Source: Raillietiella orientalis (lineage: Eukaryota). From it: a DNA stretch of 64,000 nt. The notes below the pieces were generated by a model that saw only the letters and a program-made list of their open reading frames with translations, did no database searches and was not told where the DNA came from. Below are positions 27,747-41,519 of the stretch, in pieces. The stretch spans positions 558,001 to 622,000 of the forward strand of contig JAYWIR010000042.1 in assembly GCA_036172245.1 (NCBI GenBank), written 5' to 3'. The position numbers were made by a program, and so were the translations under genes. Each line of letters opens with the position of its first letter. Within the stretch, counting starts at the first letter, position 1.

Positions 27747-30700
27747 CTGCAATGACAAGAGGAAGTCATCGTCACTGATGCCCGTGAGCCTCAACAGGTG
27801 GGATGCAGAGGCATAAGGCGTCGCATGGCCATCTCTCGGAGGGGAAGGTTCACGACGAAAGTAAGAAGCAAAAAGAAGAGACAAAAGATAAGGATGCTTC
27901 CGCGAACGAAAAGTTGTTGCTGACTGACTGCAGTATCCTATCATGAGAGGGAAAAAGGAGGAAGGATTGTGCCTCCTCGTTGTTCAAACAGTTCAGTGGT
28001 TCATCTGATTCCGACCACACCCGATCTCTCCTTCCTTCTCTGCCTACTCAACCAACACCGACCTTTCAAAATGACAACGCTGATGCCTCTGACTTTCGAC
28101 CTCCTTGGTAGTGCTTTGTGCTTCTGAAGCGGTCATGAATTCCTCCTTTTCCTAAGATTCTAATTCCCTTTCCTTTTTGAGCACTTGCTGGATAAAAGCA
28201 AACGTGAGGAACTGTGGGCATCTGCCAGTCCTACTCATCAGAACAGGATATGAAGGTGATTACTTTAGGAAAGTCCTGGGTCTCTGGCATTCTGGCAGCA
28301 AAAGATGCTCTACGTCACAGGGCAGTCAAGAAGAGGAAAAAGGGCTTATTTTTTGATAAGCGTAATAATTTTTTCTTTCGCAAGGTATACTTCACAGTTG
28401 CAGGAATCGGGGACACGCAAGTTAATACTCCCCAGGAAGCAAAACTTCCTTCCTTACCATGTATACGCAACCTGCGGCCACACTTCCCTTAGGAAGAAGG
28501 CGACAGTCTTAAGACTATGGAAGCAGCTGATTCGGAAATGGGTTTGGAGAACTAAATGTCTCAGAAAAGCGACCTTCCTTTAGCGCTCCGTCTACAGATT
28601 ACATACCTCTTTTCCACGGGAATCCTTCATACAAAAGACATGTCGCAGCCGTGCACGGAAATATCCGAGGTATTTCCTTGGATGAGCCACGGAGAGCTCA
28701 ATTCTCCGTTTATCTCATTCCTAATCCCGTTTTTCATTTCCTCTTCTTCGTTGCAGCATCCAGACGAGGAGATGGACGTTGAGCGTATTGACGAGTGACA
28801 ATGATGTGAGCAAGGAGCCCCATCCTTTCTGAAGAATTCCTCTGCAGAATCACTCCTGCGGATGACCACAAGAACAGATGTTTTTCTCTTGTTGCTTTTT
28901 TACTGAGGAAACTCTTTCATGGCTGCAAGTTGATGGCATCCTGCTCTTCGAAGGGAAAATCCAGACTACAGGAAACATCTGTTAAGAGGATCCACTATGG
29001 TGCTGCCAGTACGGAATCTGATGGACGACCGGGATGAACTCAGGTCGTTCATCAGATAGAGGAGCAGAGAAAGGAAAGGACAGGTGGCAGTTGCTCGTTT
29101 CCGTCCTCGGAGCTTTTCTTGACTTTCCACGGTGCATGCCCGCATCCTGCTGAAAGTTTTTCCCTCATTCAAGAGGGGGAAACCCCGCATTTCGCTCATT
29201 TTCCAGGAAGAAGAAGACAACTTTCAGTGTGGTTTTCACGCAGTAAATCTCTCGTCAGGAACAGTTCTTGCACTGGATGGCTCAGAAGTAGGTCAGGAAT
29301 AGGCTTCTTCCTTCTGAATAACATACTGCAACACTGGACTGACAAAACCTGTGAATGCTTTGCAGTTCCTGGAGGAAGCCATCATTGAGTGGAAATGCAA
29401 GGGGGGCAATTTCCGCTTGGTAGTTTCCGTGGTTCGTGGCTGTATCAGGGCGTAGAGGGAAAGAAACATTCGAATACCTGTATCTATCCACGGAAGCCAC
29501 ACACATTCTGCAATACAAGTCTTGCAGATGCAGCAAACATATATCGAGACGAAGATGCGGTAGCTGTCGATTGAAAAGGAGGCAACAAGCACCTTGCTAG
29601 CACAAGATACGGAGTTTTTAGAGTCCCTTAAAAATGGCACCATCTTTCCATCAAAGTATTCGTCTTCCGCATATTGTCGAATTCCGAAACTTCCTACCAG
29701 ATGCTTTCGACAAACCGTTCCTCGAGGCCGCAAGAAGGATTTCGCCACACTGTGTTTCGATAAGAGTTCGTCCCATAATGAATTCATACTCGTTTGGACA
29801 CTTCGCAGCAAGGACGCGTTCTCGACTGAACCGACTTTTATCCCTAAAGGACAGTATATGCTCGGTGTTTTTCTTTACCGTGCAGACAAGTTGCCTAGCA
29901 AAGCTCAAGTTGGTGCAACGGATCATGGATACTTCCTTTCCATGAAACGAAAACATTTGAATCATTGAAAACCTACTGGAAAATAATTTTTTTCGCTGGA
30001 GCATTCGTGCTGACGTCCATTATGCCAATGAGAGATCATCGGAGATGCTGTTAACCACGCCCTTTGCGATGCTATCAAGGTCAGAAATCTGGTCACTAGA
30101 AGTCCTCATGCCGTGAAACTTTTTCTTTGCTTATGCGTTGCGCAGTAATCTTCAGAGGATAGTAAATTATTCAAGGCGGGGTTCTGGGCTCTCTTGTGAC
30201 GGAAATCTTGCCTCGGATAATTTAGTGGAACGTGGTGGATATTTCGCCTATTTGCTCTGAAGGCATTTCCGTGGAACATGAATCACTGTTAGCGCATTAG
30301 CTGCAATCGTGAGGTGTGCAAAACACTGATGCCCTGGTGAGAAGCAAAGGAAGGCCATAAACAAATAAATGAAATTTCTTCTGAGACCCCATAGTTTTCC
30401 CATGAATCCATCACTGTCATCTCGAAGGAGCGCAATAAATCGTATGAATCGAATCCAGGATTACCAAGAAAGAGGCTGCTAAAGGACAAGCAGGCGCGAT
30501 GGTTTTGTGACTTGGCCTATGACCTGAAGCAAACTTGTCCACTTGAACTGCCGCTAAAGCAGGATGACAAATGCTTCTGGTTATAAGATTTTTTCCTTAA
30601 TGGAGAGAAAGAGCAGGAAGAGTTACGATGTTTCAAAGAAAAGATCACAGAAGATTTTCCATGAAGGGAAAATCAGCATTTCCGGATTACACGCAATAGT

Positions 30701-33545
30701 GGGGATGCTGCACGGAGGAGGGTAATTTTTTTTCTCCCACGTGCAGAAAGCGGGACTGAGGAACGTGACGGAGCTCTCCGAATGGCGCAACAGCAACAGT
30801 CTTTCCTCAAAGTGTCCTGAATTTCGCTTGTCTGGGGTGTCTCGTGTTTCCGTCCGACGGGAAGAACACTTTCCCGGCGCGCGAGAGTAAGCACGATGGA
30901 TGCTGCGACGACGACGAGAAAAATCGACTGACTTGGGGCCGCAAAGGAAGGTGACTCCGAAGAAAAAGATGCCTCGAGTGCTGTCGAACGTTTCAGACGG
31001 GGGAGGCATCGGGATAATCGAAACGTTGATGACGCAGACCACACCATGAACTTGGGAAAAATTGCAGCATGTCATGAATACATAGCAAATCCATGGATCC
31101 AGGAGTTTCCACATCTACCTGCAGCCAGATAAGACGGCTTTTTCTTAATGAATCCGTGCGGTTCATGTGGAAGAGTGGGCCCATTCTATGATCTATCTGC
31201 ACATAAATTCATAGTTGCTGATTACGGGGAATTGTAGGAACATGTAATCGGTGAATGAATCAGCCGAGTCAATTCGTAAATTTGCGGTTCCCCTACAGGG
31301 CGTCGCGATTTAGTGTCCTGAAAGTGTTAAGGAAAAGTATTAGGAAATTGCGTTTTGTTTGTTTCGGTTATAGCTTATCGGTTGCTTTGGGAGTAGCTTG
31401 AGCGCCAGGATTCCATAAAGTGGAAATAATGGAAGAGGAAAGGAGGCCGCCGGGAATTATGGGAAACGCGCATTGAATGTTGGGAACACCTGGGGAGGAG
31501 TGTGCTCGAAAAAAAAATTTCCATGCAACACACATAGATAAGATCCGGACGGAAGCCCATCGGAACTTCCTTGAACTTTGAAACAGTCCTTCGTTCTATT
31601 CGCCAAAACGATCGATAGGTTCCGCATAATCCCAAGAAAGTCCAAAGGAGGACCGGAGCAGCTACAAAGTTTGAAAAGCAGCGGCGATGCGGAGGAAAAA
31701 AGGGACTGCCATTCGTAGGAGTATTCGAAAAATCAAAGTGTCCTCCGTGTATTGAATTCTCAGTACGGAGGACCCAAGCAATTTTCAAAACGGCGCTTTA
31801 TCCCCATCGCCTAGAGAGAGAGGAGGACCGACTTCGCAGCAGCCGAAGCGATGCAGATGTCGGAATCTCAGATTCAGTAATCCACGGGCTTGAAAGCTCC
31901 TCCGTCGATTAAGAAGCATTCTCTTCCAATGGGATGAGTTGGCGACAGCGGACGACGACCTTGCCGAGTGTGCCGGACACTGGACTTCGTGAACAGTCTC
32001 ATCGAGAATAGGCAGTTGTGAGGACACCGCGAACTGCTCGAGGTTTTTCACTTCCAAAGATGACGGCAGCTCTGAGCGGGAGGTCGGGGGAGGGGGGGAA
32101 GGGAACCCTTCGTGTTGCAGATGAGGACAACTGTTACTGAGAAGCGAGCTTGCAGTCATGCAACATAGGAATTGCTGCCCATACAGCACGGATGCTTGCT
32201 TTTCATCATCTCGAAGGAGACGCGAGATTGAATAAGGAGGAGGAAGAGGGGAATTAAACTGGGAGCTTGCTTGGAGGACTCCTCAAGCCATGCAGGAGCA
32301 TTTGGGAATTCATCCCCCACTGAACTTCTTACTTCTCGCTTGAGTAAAGTGTGAGTAATTACTGCCTAGGCGGTAGGATGACCGGAAACCACCATCCAGT
32401 AACGCAGCTTCTATCTTTCTTCACGCGCTTGCGGCTCACATTTAAAACTGTCTTCTGAAGGTCGCAGCCGAGTTGTCGCAACCGCTCACAGCTAAAGCCA
32501 TCTTAAGATGGTTGCAACCGTGAACGCATGAATGGTTGCCTTTCTGAGGGGGGTCCGATGCAATCTCGATATGGGTATTGAATTGGTTGCCTGAAGAATG
32601 CCAGAAATGATTACAGTCTACGAGGATCATTAATGACGTGAAGCTTCAGAGAACCTGATTCTCGTATTTCTTGCATAGGCAATTGATAGACAAAGGTGCT
32701 TCCAGGGAAAAAGAAAATGAACTTTTGACGGATTTGCGAGGCCACCTACACATTGCAGTGTGTCGCTGGTTTCTGCTCACAAGGATCTCAGGAACCAGAG
32801 CATCCATACGCAGAGCAGGTTCGAATCAGATGCGGATGCAAGGTACACGTGATGGAGATAGTGACTCTTCTGGTTTGTAAACCCAACCCATTTACAGATG
32901 CTTCAGCATCGCTTTATGTCCTTTTAAGGCTGGTTGGAAAAAATGCCTCTATCTTTGAATGAGGACCGGATTCAGTTGATTAATTTGTTGTTCGAACGTC
33001 TGTACTGATTGCCTTTGCGTACGTCCGTGAAAGATCAGCGCAGTGCTGAAAACAAAAGGGACGGATGCCTTTTTTCTGTAATAATTCTCGTGGCGATATC
33101 AATTCCAAATCGTACAGAAAGGAAGAAGTGGATTTTCCGGTCTATGACGCCTGATGCGTTTGCCTGTCGCAAAATAAACGGCTCCAGTGCTGATGCTGTG
33201 ATTAATCGGACTATTTTTCACGGACGCCGGCCCTCTGCGAACGGTGGAAACAAGGATCAACACGGTGCGAAACACTCCGAGAACACTGAACACCTCTCCC
33301 TTCTTGAACTGCACAGTGCCCCGCGAACAATCCTTCATTCCAGGAGCTTTCATCTAAGAATGAATGGATGGCACGCCCCAACAGGGTTCCAGCTCCCGCA
33401 TCCACGATTTTTGTACATTACTTGAGCAAAGAGGTTCTTCATAGATGGTTCATTTCAGATAGTGTAGATCACAGCTGCGATAACCCGGAGGCTACTCGAA
33501 ACTGCATCGTTCTTTCGTTTTCTCAGTAAAGAGGAACGACTTTTT

Positions 33546-33609
33546 GGGAGTCCGTCTTGGAATTCGTACACGAGGGAGTCGGTGTTGGAATTCGTATACG
33601 AGGGAATCG
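33546..33609. repeat. 28-bp tandem repeat, about 2.3 copies
   Basis: gggagtccgtcttggaattcgtacacga / gggagtcggtgttggaattcgtatacga / gggaatcg. Confidence 0.9.
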
Positions 33610-33657
33610 CTTCAAGATACATCGATAGTAAATCGGCGCCGATCAATATCCTCAACG

Positions 33658-34217
33658 CCGAAAAATAAAAAATAAGCATTTATGGTTATTCAGCAAAGGT
33701 TAATGTACAGATTCCTTTTAGTATACGTAGTTAATCACATGTACTAACAGTGAAATTATTGGGACCTGCATGTTTATTAAAATTCGGTGATATACATTTG
33801 TTAGTAAAATAAGTGGCTTGTTATTGATTTTAAAGGGATTATCGAAAAGGAATATATGTATGCTCATTATGTGAAATGTTGAGAGCACCTATTATATGAA
33901 TTGGTATATATATTTGTACGCAAACTTATGTATATATTTTGGGTACACATGTAAATTCATGTATATATCCACGTTATCGATAAACATTAATGTATATAAG
34001 AAGAATATATTCATCATAATCGCACATATTTATATCAACCATATAATCAGGAACTTATTGACTTTATTATAGAACAGTACATTAAAAAATCGAAGTAAAC
34101 ATATGGGTTTCACTGCTAATAGGATGAACGTTATTGAATATGATTGACTGCGTATACTAAAAGAACTTTGTATACCAATCGATCTAGAATAAACACGTGA
34201 TTTTCGCGATCTTTCGG
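33658..34217. repeat. AT-rich imperfect foldback (~560 bp), MITE/foldback-like, in the last nAChR intron
   Basis: 33706-33740 matches the reverse complement of 34138-34172 at 29/35; colinear inverted similarity continues inward to TGTACGCAAA (33915-33924) / TTTGGGTACA (33938-33947). Confidence 0.85.
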
Positions 34218-35304
34218 GATTTCTTGCCTTACCCACAGCGAGCACTGTGCCTCCCTTTTTGTTTCTTACGTACGATTCTTTGAGTACGGGATTTTTAGGT
34301 TTTTGGTCTGGCTGGGACCATGCTTCGGCAACGCCCAGCTGCCCTCGTTCCAAACATCCAAACCCAACCACACAAGTGGAACAGACTCTTAGAATCCCGA
34401 CATACTTCTGCAACATAGCGACTGCGTCCAAATCCGGAAAAAGTTTCGATATCATTTTCTCGGTCGCAAATGCCGCGCCGTCTGAAAGTCACCAAAGTTG
34501 CCGCGCCCGAAATTCGTCTTTCCTTATTGACCGCCGGAAAACTTCTGGCAGTGGAAATTTATCAGCGGCGCCTTTCCTTTCCTTGCATTTCAATTTTTTC
34601 CATCGTGGAATAATGATGGATATCCGACTCGTTAATCTCGGAATCATTTCAAGCCCAAGTCACAAGTTTCCGTGGAACCTGCAGGCATTTACCAAAAGAC
34701 TTGAAGGAGCACTTGAAGGAGTTCACCGTTGGATATTGGAAGAGGAAGAGGAATAGATGTTTAAACAGGAATTATCACTCCGTTTTCAACTCAGCAATAG
34801 GGAAGACATTGATTTTGCAGTCATGCGATAGGCATTCGGCCAGCTTTTGAATTGAACTCCCTACGCAAGTGCAACTCAAAGCAAATCATCTTTGAGAGAC
34901 GTTTCACAGCATCTAAGAAACCATCCTTTCACTCTCAGTATGTTATTCATATGAGCTGTTTTTTCGTGAAAGAGAATGCAGTTCTGCAATGAGAAAAGCA
35001 GCCTCGTTTTTGCGAGAGGTGTGCACGTCCCCAGTCATTTCCCCGCGATGAGATCATGCGAAGCATCCTCAACTCGAGCACAAAGAAGGGATCAGCGAAA
35101 CGGATTCTGAGATGAAGGGGAGCGACGATGATCAAGGATCCCTTTTTGAATTCCCATTTCACCGCGTAAAGCTGTTGCGTTCAAAGCTGGTGCTGAAACT
35201 CTTTTCGTGGCTGCGAAAGCTGGGCACATACACTCACGGAATTATGCAACCACGATATGTACATTAGCCAGCAACGCACACCGCAAACCAAGTTAATGCA
35301 AGAA

Positions 35305-35325
35305 CAACAACAACAACAACAACAA
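35305..35325. repeat. (CAA)7 microsatellite
   Basis: Direct reading. Confidence 0.9.
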
Positions 35326-38300
35326 AAAAAGAAAGCACTCTACAGAGCAGAGGAGAAGCCAACGATGCTGTCAGCAAATCCATCAATACGGATAGCTACG
35401 CAGATGTGGGATTCCCCAAAGCGCGTGGATTTATTTATTGCATTCTATGAGGGAGACCCTAAAGCCCTCAGGTGTCTGACCGAGTGCCGAGATCTGCCGA
35501 AGATGCGGATCACTTCAAGACCGGCCGAACAGTGTGGAATAAATAGCCAAGATAGTCACGCATCGATGAAAATGCACTTTCGAAATGATCATGGCCCAAC
35601 AGACTCCATGATGACTTGATGACGGCTCCAGAGGCAGTGCCGTCGACAGACTTATTCCAGATGCGATCTTCTTGCTGAGTCTTTTGATGGATGATGTTTC
35701 GTGCTCAAATTCAAGAATATATGAAAATGTGCATTACCTGTTGTACATGAGAAAAGCAGCGGAGCATTCAAATTAATTATACAGAAAGGGAAACCCAGCT
35801 GATAACAGGTGTTTGCGCTGTGCAAATACCTACAAATCGCAAGGTCAGGAAGCACTCTTGAGGAGCGAGAGTGAGAGATTTCCAAGGTAACAAAGACTTG
35901 AGCTTGGAAATGGCAGAAGACTGGATGCTTTGGCTCCTAAGCTGTGGCTCCAGGTCAGGTTTTTGTAGTTTGATACGAGAAAGAATCGTTGAAAACGACT
36001 TTCCTTCAGCAGAGCAAACATCAGGATTCTATGAGACTCAATCTTCTCTTCCTCTTTTCTGGCTAGTAGCTCATTTACTGCAACCGATCTCTTTAGCTTG
36101 AATTCAAAAGCTTTGAACTAGGATAGTTTCTGAAACCTTAGCTTCTATTCAGTTTTATGATAAGCAGAAGTTGAAATCTGACTCTGTACAGGAAAATTAG
36201 CACTTCCTTGTCATTGTCACTTATTGCTGTTGCATTGGAACCCGAAATTCTCTTTCATATTGCTGAAAGGAAGGTAAAAGCCGATCCATCGGCAAGGTCT
36301 CTTTGGGTTCATCCAGGAAGACGAAACCCACGACTCACGCCCTGGGAGTTACGATCGGGAGCAGAGCAACCCCAGCTACAATTTTCACAAAGTCGCCCGC
36401 CCTTATGTGAATTTCGATTGGAAACAACTCGGATGCTGCTTTCTCAAGAGAGCCGGAGGATGCACTATTGCTTCACTCGAAGGATCCGTACATCTGAGAC
36501 GGGAAGCAGGCAGGGTTTTCAGATTCTCGGGAAAATGATGAGGAATAAGACGCCAATGACTTTCCGGGATAGTACCAAACAGTCATGACTTCGACTTAGG
36601 GAGCATGCACCTATTCACCGGGCAGTGGGTTACCTAACGAGGTCGACACCTTTGCTGCATCTGCGTCGCCGCAGCAAGTGGATCCCGAAGTTGAAGGAAG
36701 CTGACATAATGAGAAACCTACCCGGACTTTTCAGTGCCCTCAGGATGCTGTTGAAATTACTTGGCAGAGGGAGCAAAATCTTGCCACTACCATATCTTCT
36801 CGAAAAGGGGGAGCCAACCTACACTGAACCCAAATGCCATCCACATGAATCGAGTACATTTCAAAACACACAAGGAATCCTACAAAAGTCCACCCAGAAG
36901 AGACAATAGCGGATGGTAAATCAAATCAGTGTTCCTTCTTATTGAATATATGGCTTCAAGTGTGAATTTATCAGGAATCGTTGGAGGGCAGACGCTGATT
37001 TTGTTTAGCAGTGTGCCATGTGCACAATTAAGGATACTTTCCTCTGCAGCCAGAGATATTTGATCGTGTGATTGCTTGTAGCTAGAGAGGAAGCAGTGAC
37101 TCTCACTACCTGTACTGTTTCCATTCTTCAGCAGCAATGCTTTATTAGGATTTCCTCCCTCTATTAGATGCGAGATTAGCTTCCTCGTTTAGTGTGTTCT
37201 TTTTCTTATGGGGCTTCCGTTTGCTCGACATGACTTATTCACGTGTCCTTCTCGACGGACCACTGAAGCCCAATGCTATTGATATCGAGAACAAACCAGA
37301 CACAAGGAAAGTTGGATGAAGAAGCACAGTGGCTCTTTGAGCGCCGGAACACGTCAAGATTTCGAGAGGTCTTCAGCTGTGAGATAGGAATTCCCAGAAG
37401 GAAGATGCTCATAAATGATGTAGTGCATCTAGAAAGAATACGCTCCAATCCTCTCCATGCACAGTGCAAGTCATGACAGGAAGACTTGCTCACAAAGTGA
37501 TAAATGAGATCTGCATCAGTCTTCATAACTTCTGATCAGCTTCTTAGTCTGAGATCCTAGCGAACCAAGTCTGTGGCTCTGCTTCCGTTGTTAACAGTGA
37601 AAACGATCTTTCATCCTCGAAAGGTACAAATCGGAAACAACAGCGAAATTCCGAGTTGATGGATGTAGGTATCCGCAGATTCGCCTTTCTCTCAAGCATC
37701 GGATCGAACCTCACGTTGCATAGGTGACCGGTAAGGATGAGAGCAAATCAATAGCGGTATGAAACGAAAATACTTGGCGCTAGAAGAAAGCCAAAACAGC
37801 ATTGCCTTTGCCGAATTTGTCTTAGAGTAGCTTTCATTTCGGCCAAATTGAATGAAGTGTGACTCGCTGGAAGAAGAAGTTTACTTTGAGGGCGACCAAT
37901 TTTCCCTGATGCATTTTTGTGCAGGAGGAAGCCTTTGTATTTGTGGAGACCAATGTTTACTGCAGCAGCTCCTTCCTTGCTGTCTCATGGCACACTTCAG
38001 CGTGCCATACTGAGCCACTAAGTTATTGATCCAAAACAGAGTCCTGCGCACATGTCTTGTGAAATGGCGTTTGGGGATCATCCGTAGAATAAGTGGGAGT
38101 CTGCTGTTTGCAGACGAAAAACTTGTAGCGAATGGGTATGGCGAGAATTCTTCTGGAAAACGGCCACTCCTCTCCAAATATGTTTGCGAGAATCTCAAAG
38201 CGCCAGATGATAATCAGGTTCGCTTGCGTCTACTGAAGCGCGTTTCCAAACTGAACACTTAGATAATGGTGTTCTGCTCGAGCAAAAAATCCAGATCTTA

Positions 38301-38833
38301 GACACTTTTGAAAACCTCAAGTGCAAAGCATTTTATTTGGCAGTTCTGCTTACCTTTGAACGCGTTCTTACGCCCAATCAGATGGCAACGCGGAATTGCA
38401 GTCCTGTTATTTGATCCGAGGTGCGTCCAGAAGAATCCCAGAAAAAAGACGTCATGCCGTGCATAACTCCGCCACGTTTGAGGTTTTACAGGGTGTTTGG
38501 CTAGCGGCGATCCCAATCGGATTTCATAAATGACCCCTTAACTCCTTCAGAGACTTACATAGAGTTCTCCAAAGAAAAAGGCAGCATCGGCATGATGCCT
38601 TCTTCTTTGGATTAAACAGGAGGATTGCCACGAATTTGGGCTTTTGGCAGCCACGTAACACTTAGTGACCACAACGGTGCGCAAGCTATCCAGGTGTGGA
38701 AGAAATCCTTTTCACTAATTATCCCCGAATGCACCTTCGATTCAGTTTAAAAATGACTGATAGTGCTTGAAATAGCGCGTTTGTGGTTCGTGCAATATCT
38801 CGGACGAATAGCTAATCAGATATTTCCACTTAC

Positions 38834-38907
38834 TTTCTGGTGAGGTTTTTCCCCGGCCTGGACATCCTCAGCATCCAGGGCAGCCACTCCAGGAATATCA
38901 CCTTCAC
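38834..38907 (-). CDS. nAChRalpha6: nAChR exon (MX helix): VKVIFLEWLPWMLRMSRPGKNLTR(K)
   Basis: 74 bp; acceptor ggtttcag, donor gtaagt; phase-2 end (AA) joins the A starting the last exon. Confidence 0.95.
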
Positions 38908-39380
38908 CTGAAACCGAGAGATCTCATTCTGCCTGCCCATAACGCTGTCGGCTGGCGATCGCGAGCACACACATCCCTCTCGGTTGCATCCCCGCGGCGG
39001 GACCGAAAGCTTCTCATGAATAGATGGCAAAGAGGAAAGAAAGACCCATCCTCCAAGCCGGGGACTCCCAATCGCTCCAAGTTAACCAGCAACACAGGCG
39101 TTCCAAGTAAGAAATCACACGTTCTAAGCAAGAGCGAGGAAGCACATGGAAGGTGGCACGGCAGCTGCAAGCAAAGAACCACGGTATGACCGTCACGCGA
39201 GCTTCCAAGTCTCGTGGACCTTAATCTCGTGGATGTAAGGAAGCGCCGGGCTGTCACTCGCGAAAGCACGATTTTATTGCCCGTTCGTTTAAGCCTTTAT
39301 CGGAAAGAGCACGATGCTGTTTCAAAGCAGCCAGAACTGCAGATGCGATGTCACTTGTTGAAACGTTTAACATCACTTAC

Positions 39381-39490
39381 CCATGTCGGCATGCTATGTG
39401 TGTCCGCTCTCCTGTGATGGTAATTCAAAATGACAACCGTCAGCACGACAGAGGAGGCAACCATGAACATAATACAATTAAAATACGTTC
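39381..39490 (-). CDS. nAChRalpha6: nAChR exon 9 (TM3): (G)[36 protein letters not shown]
   Basis: 110 bp; acceptor tgtattgcag, donor gtaagt; typical alpha6/alpha7-group TM3. Confidence 0.97.
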
Positions 39491-39832
39491 CTGCAATACA
39501 AATGTTAGTCGGAATTATAGCAATTTCGTCGAGGAACAAAATGGAAGGGAAGGTATTTTTCAGGCAAGCATGCCAGCCGGCGACAACGGCTTGGTTTGCA
39601 ACTCGATGAACTGGATAGCAGGAGTCCAAGGTGCCAGGAAGGGAACATGTGGAGATATGCAAAAAATTGCTAATGGAGCAAACATGCTGCTTGGAAAATA
39701 TGGCAAGAAAGCACAATCTGATGTTCTACACAGCACAGCAACTTTCGCTTGCGAAATCGCATTCAGAATCGGACCCACCGTCACCACGACAACGGCGTGG
39801 AAACGGGTCAAGATGCTTTCAAGCAAGGTCAA

Positions 39833-39861
39833 AGCTTTCAAGTCCCCGGGACTTGAAAGCT
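39833..39861. repeat. Perfect palindrome with 14-bp arms and a 1-bp centre
   Basis: agctttcaagtccc-c-gggacttgaaagct. Confidence 0.92.
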
Positions 39862-41519
39862 GTTTTCGGAAGCGGGACTCGGTGTAAATTCACCTGAACG
39901 CCAAAAACTCCTATTGGAATTCAGTCCAATTCAACAGTTCCTCATTAAGGAAGAGCGAACGTCTTTTCCGATTTCCTCCGGGAATGCAATCTTCCAAGCG
40001 GACATGAGTTTCCTCCTCTAGAATTCTGCGGTGAATTTTTTGAAGCAGTTTTGCTCTCCATCGATGCTCATCAAAAGAGCAGAGACAAAATTTGATGCCC
40101 GGTTTGCGAAAATCAGTCTTCCCTAAAGGCAGAGAAGGCTTTCCATTCGGTCAGTCCGTTATCTTTTGGTCCAATTCTTCAGTAACCACTGAACACAAAG
40201 TAAATTGACTGCAAAGGTCATGAATGCTGATGTACATCAACAAAGAATGATTTCTAGAAGGTACTGGAGTAGTTCTGCGATCATACCTTTGCACTCGACC
40301 GTTTTCTTATTTGAAACACAAATGTCAGCAGGAAACACGTGATGAATTGCTGCTCCGAATTGAAAAATGATGCCGAATGGTCCAAAATCGTGAAAGACCA
40401 CAACATTGCAAATAATGCGAAACCTTCGAATAACCGTAATGTTATGAATTACTGAATGAATGAGACGAAAACACTCTCCACGAGCAGAAAGAGAGCACAA
40501 ACGAGCACGAAGCGATCAGAGACTTCCAGTCCTTCACAACGAATGATGTACATTCTAAAATAGGGAAAATTTTCAAGACATGCAAAGACACAAATACTGG
40601 AAATTATCAGGAGTATACTAGAAGAAACACATTGGAGAACCACCTTCTTCAGTGGATGCATACGAAAGAGTGGCAGCTACGTGTGCTGTTAAACCTGAGG
40701 TTTGTGTCGAGCGGTAATCTTGCTAGCAAAAGTCACAGAAGTTTTCTCTTCCTGCCCCGATTTAAAGAGCTCACACACACCACTAGGATCGGATGGGGGT
40801 CCCTGACCACACATAAACACCTGCAACCACCTGAAGATGTCCTCAAAGCCTCATTCCACTACATTGCTTGAACAAGTTGCGTGAGAGCTGCAGTCTTCCA
40901 GGATGGAACCGAATTTTCAGTCTTGAATGAAAGGCTATCATGAAGGAATCCAGGACTGGAGTTTATTTACTCCAATAAAAAAAGGGAAGGGAAAAACGAA
41001 ATATCGGAAACTCCTGTTTACCACGTTTGGGTGAATGCGCTGAATGTTTGTCGAGAACAAGTTTCCTTCATCCTGCTTTGAACTATCCCGAATTTATTTC
41101 ATCTTCCCTTGAGAGTTCCGACTGGACACCTGCAAGATGGAGAACCAAAATAAAGAAGTTTTATGATGGAATTCCTTCGGCATCATGGAAGGATCCTGGT
41201 GGCCCAAGAAGTTGCCATCCTTCTGCGTTCCTCTTCTTGAAGGCGGAACCCTGCTTTCACAGAATGAGTAAAAGGGAGTTCCGCTCTAGTGGATGCCTGG
41301 ATGCAATGCCTGGGGCAACACTCAACATGAAACTCTTTCGCTCTCCATGACGACGACCAAACAGAAAACCACGTCCTGCATTCCCAGCGAAGATCCTTGA
41401 CTTTAAATACATTTTGTGTACTGATCAAAGGGATTCAGTTCCAGCTTCGCTTCTCACAAATCAGGGCTTCGGGATGACTTGAAGATGTTCTCTGCACTAG
41501 AAGATCTCTTTCTAAGAAA

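Noticed and set aside
33546..33609. CRISPR-like 28-bp repeats
   Set aside because: Head-to-tail copies with no spacers, in a eukaryotic intron with no cas genes.
33658..34217. AT-rich island as a mitochondrial insertion
   Set aside because: No mitochondrial gene or tRNA is recognisable; the self-complementarity is better explained by a foldback element.
35732..35751. Minus-strand CTC ATG TAC AAC AG|gtaatg, matching the LMYNS end of nAChR exon 4
   Set aside because: It lies downstream of exon 5, lacks the upstream WKPD motif, and has an in-frame TAA a few codons before; probably chance.
36640..38260. Scattered LINE-like words (RRRSKWIPKLKE, DVVHLERI, LFADE)
   Set aside because: Isolated, not in canonical order and too weak to annotate without a profile search.
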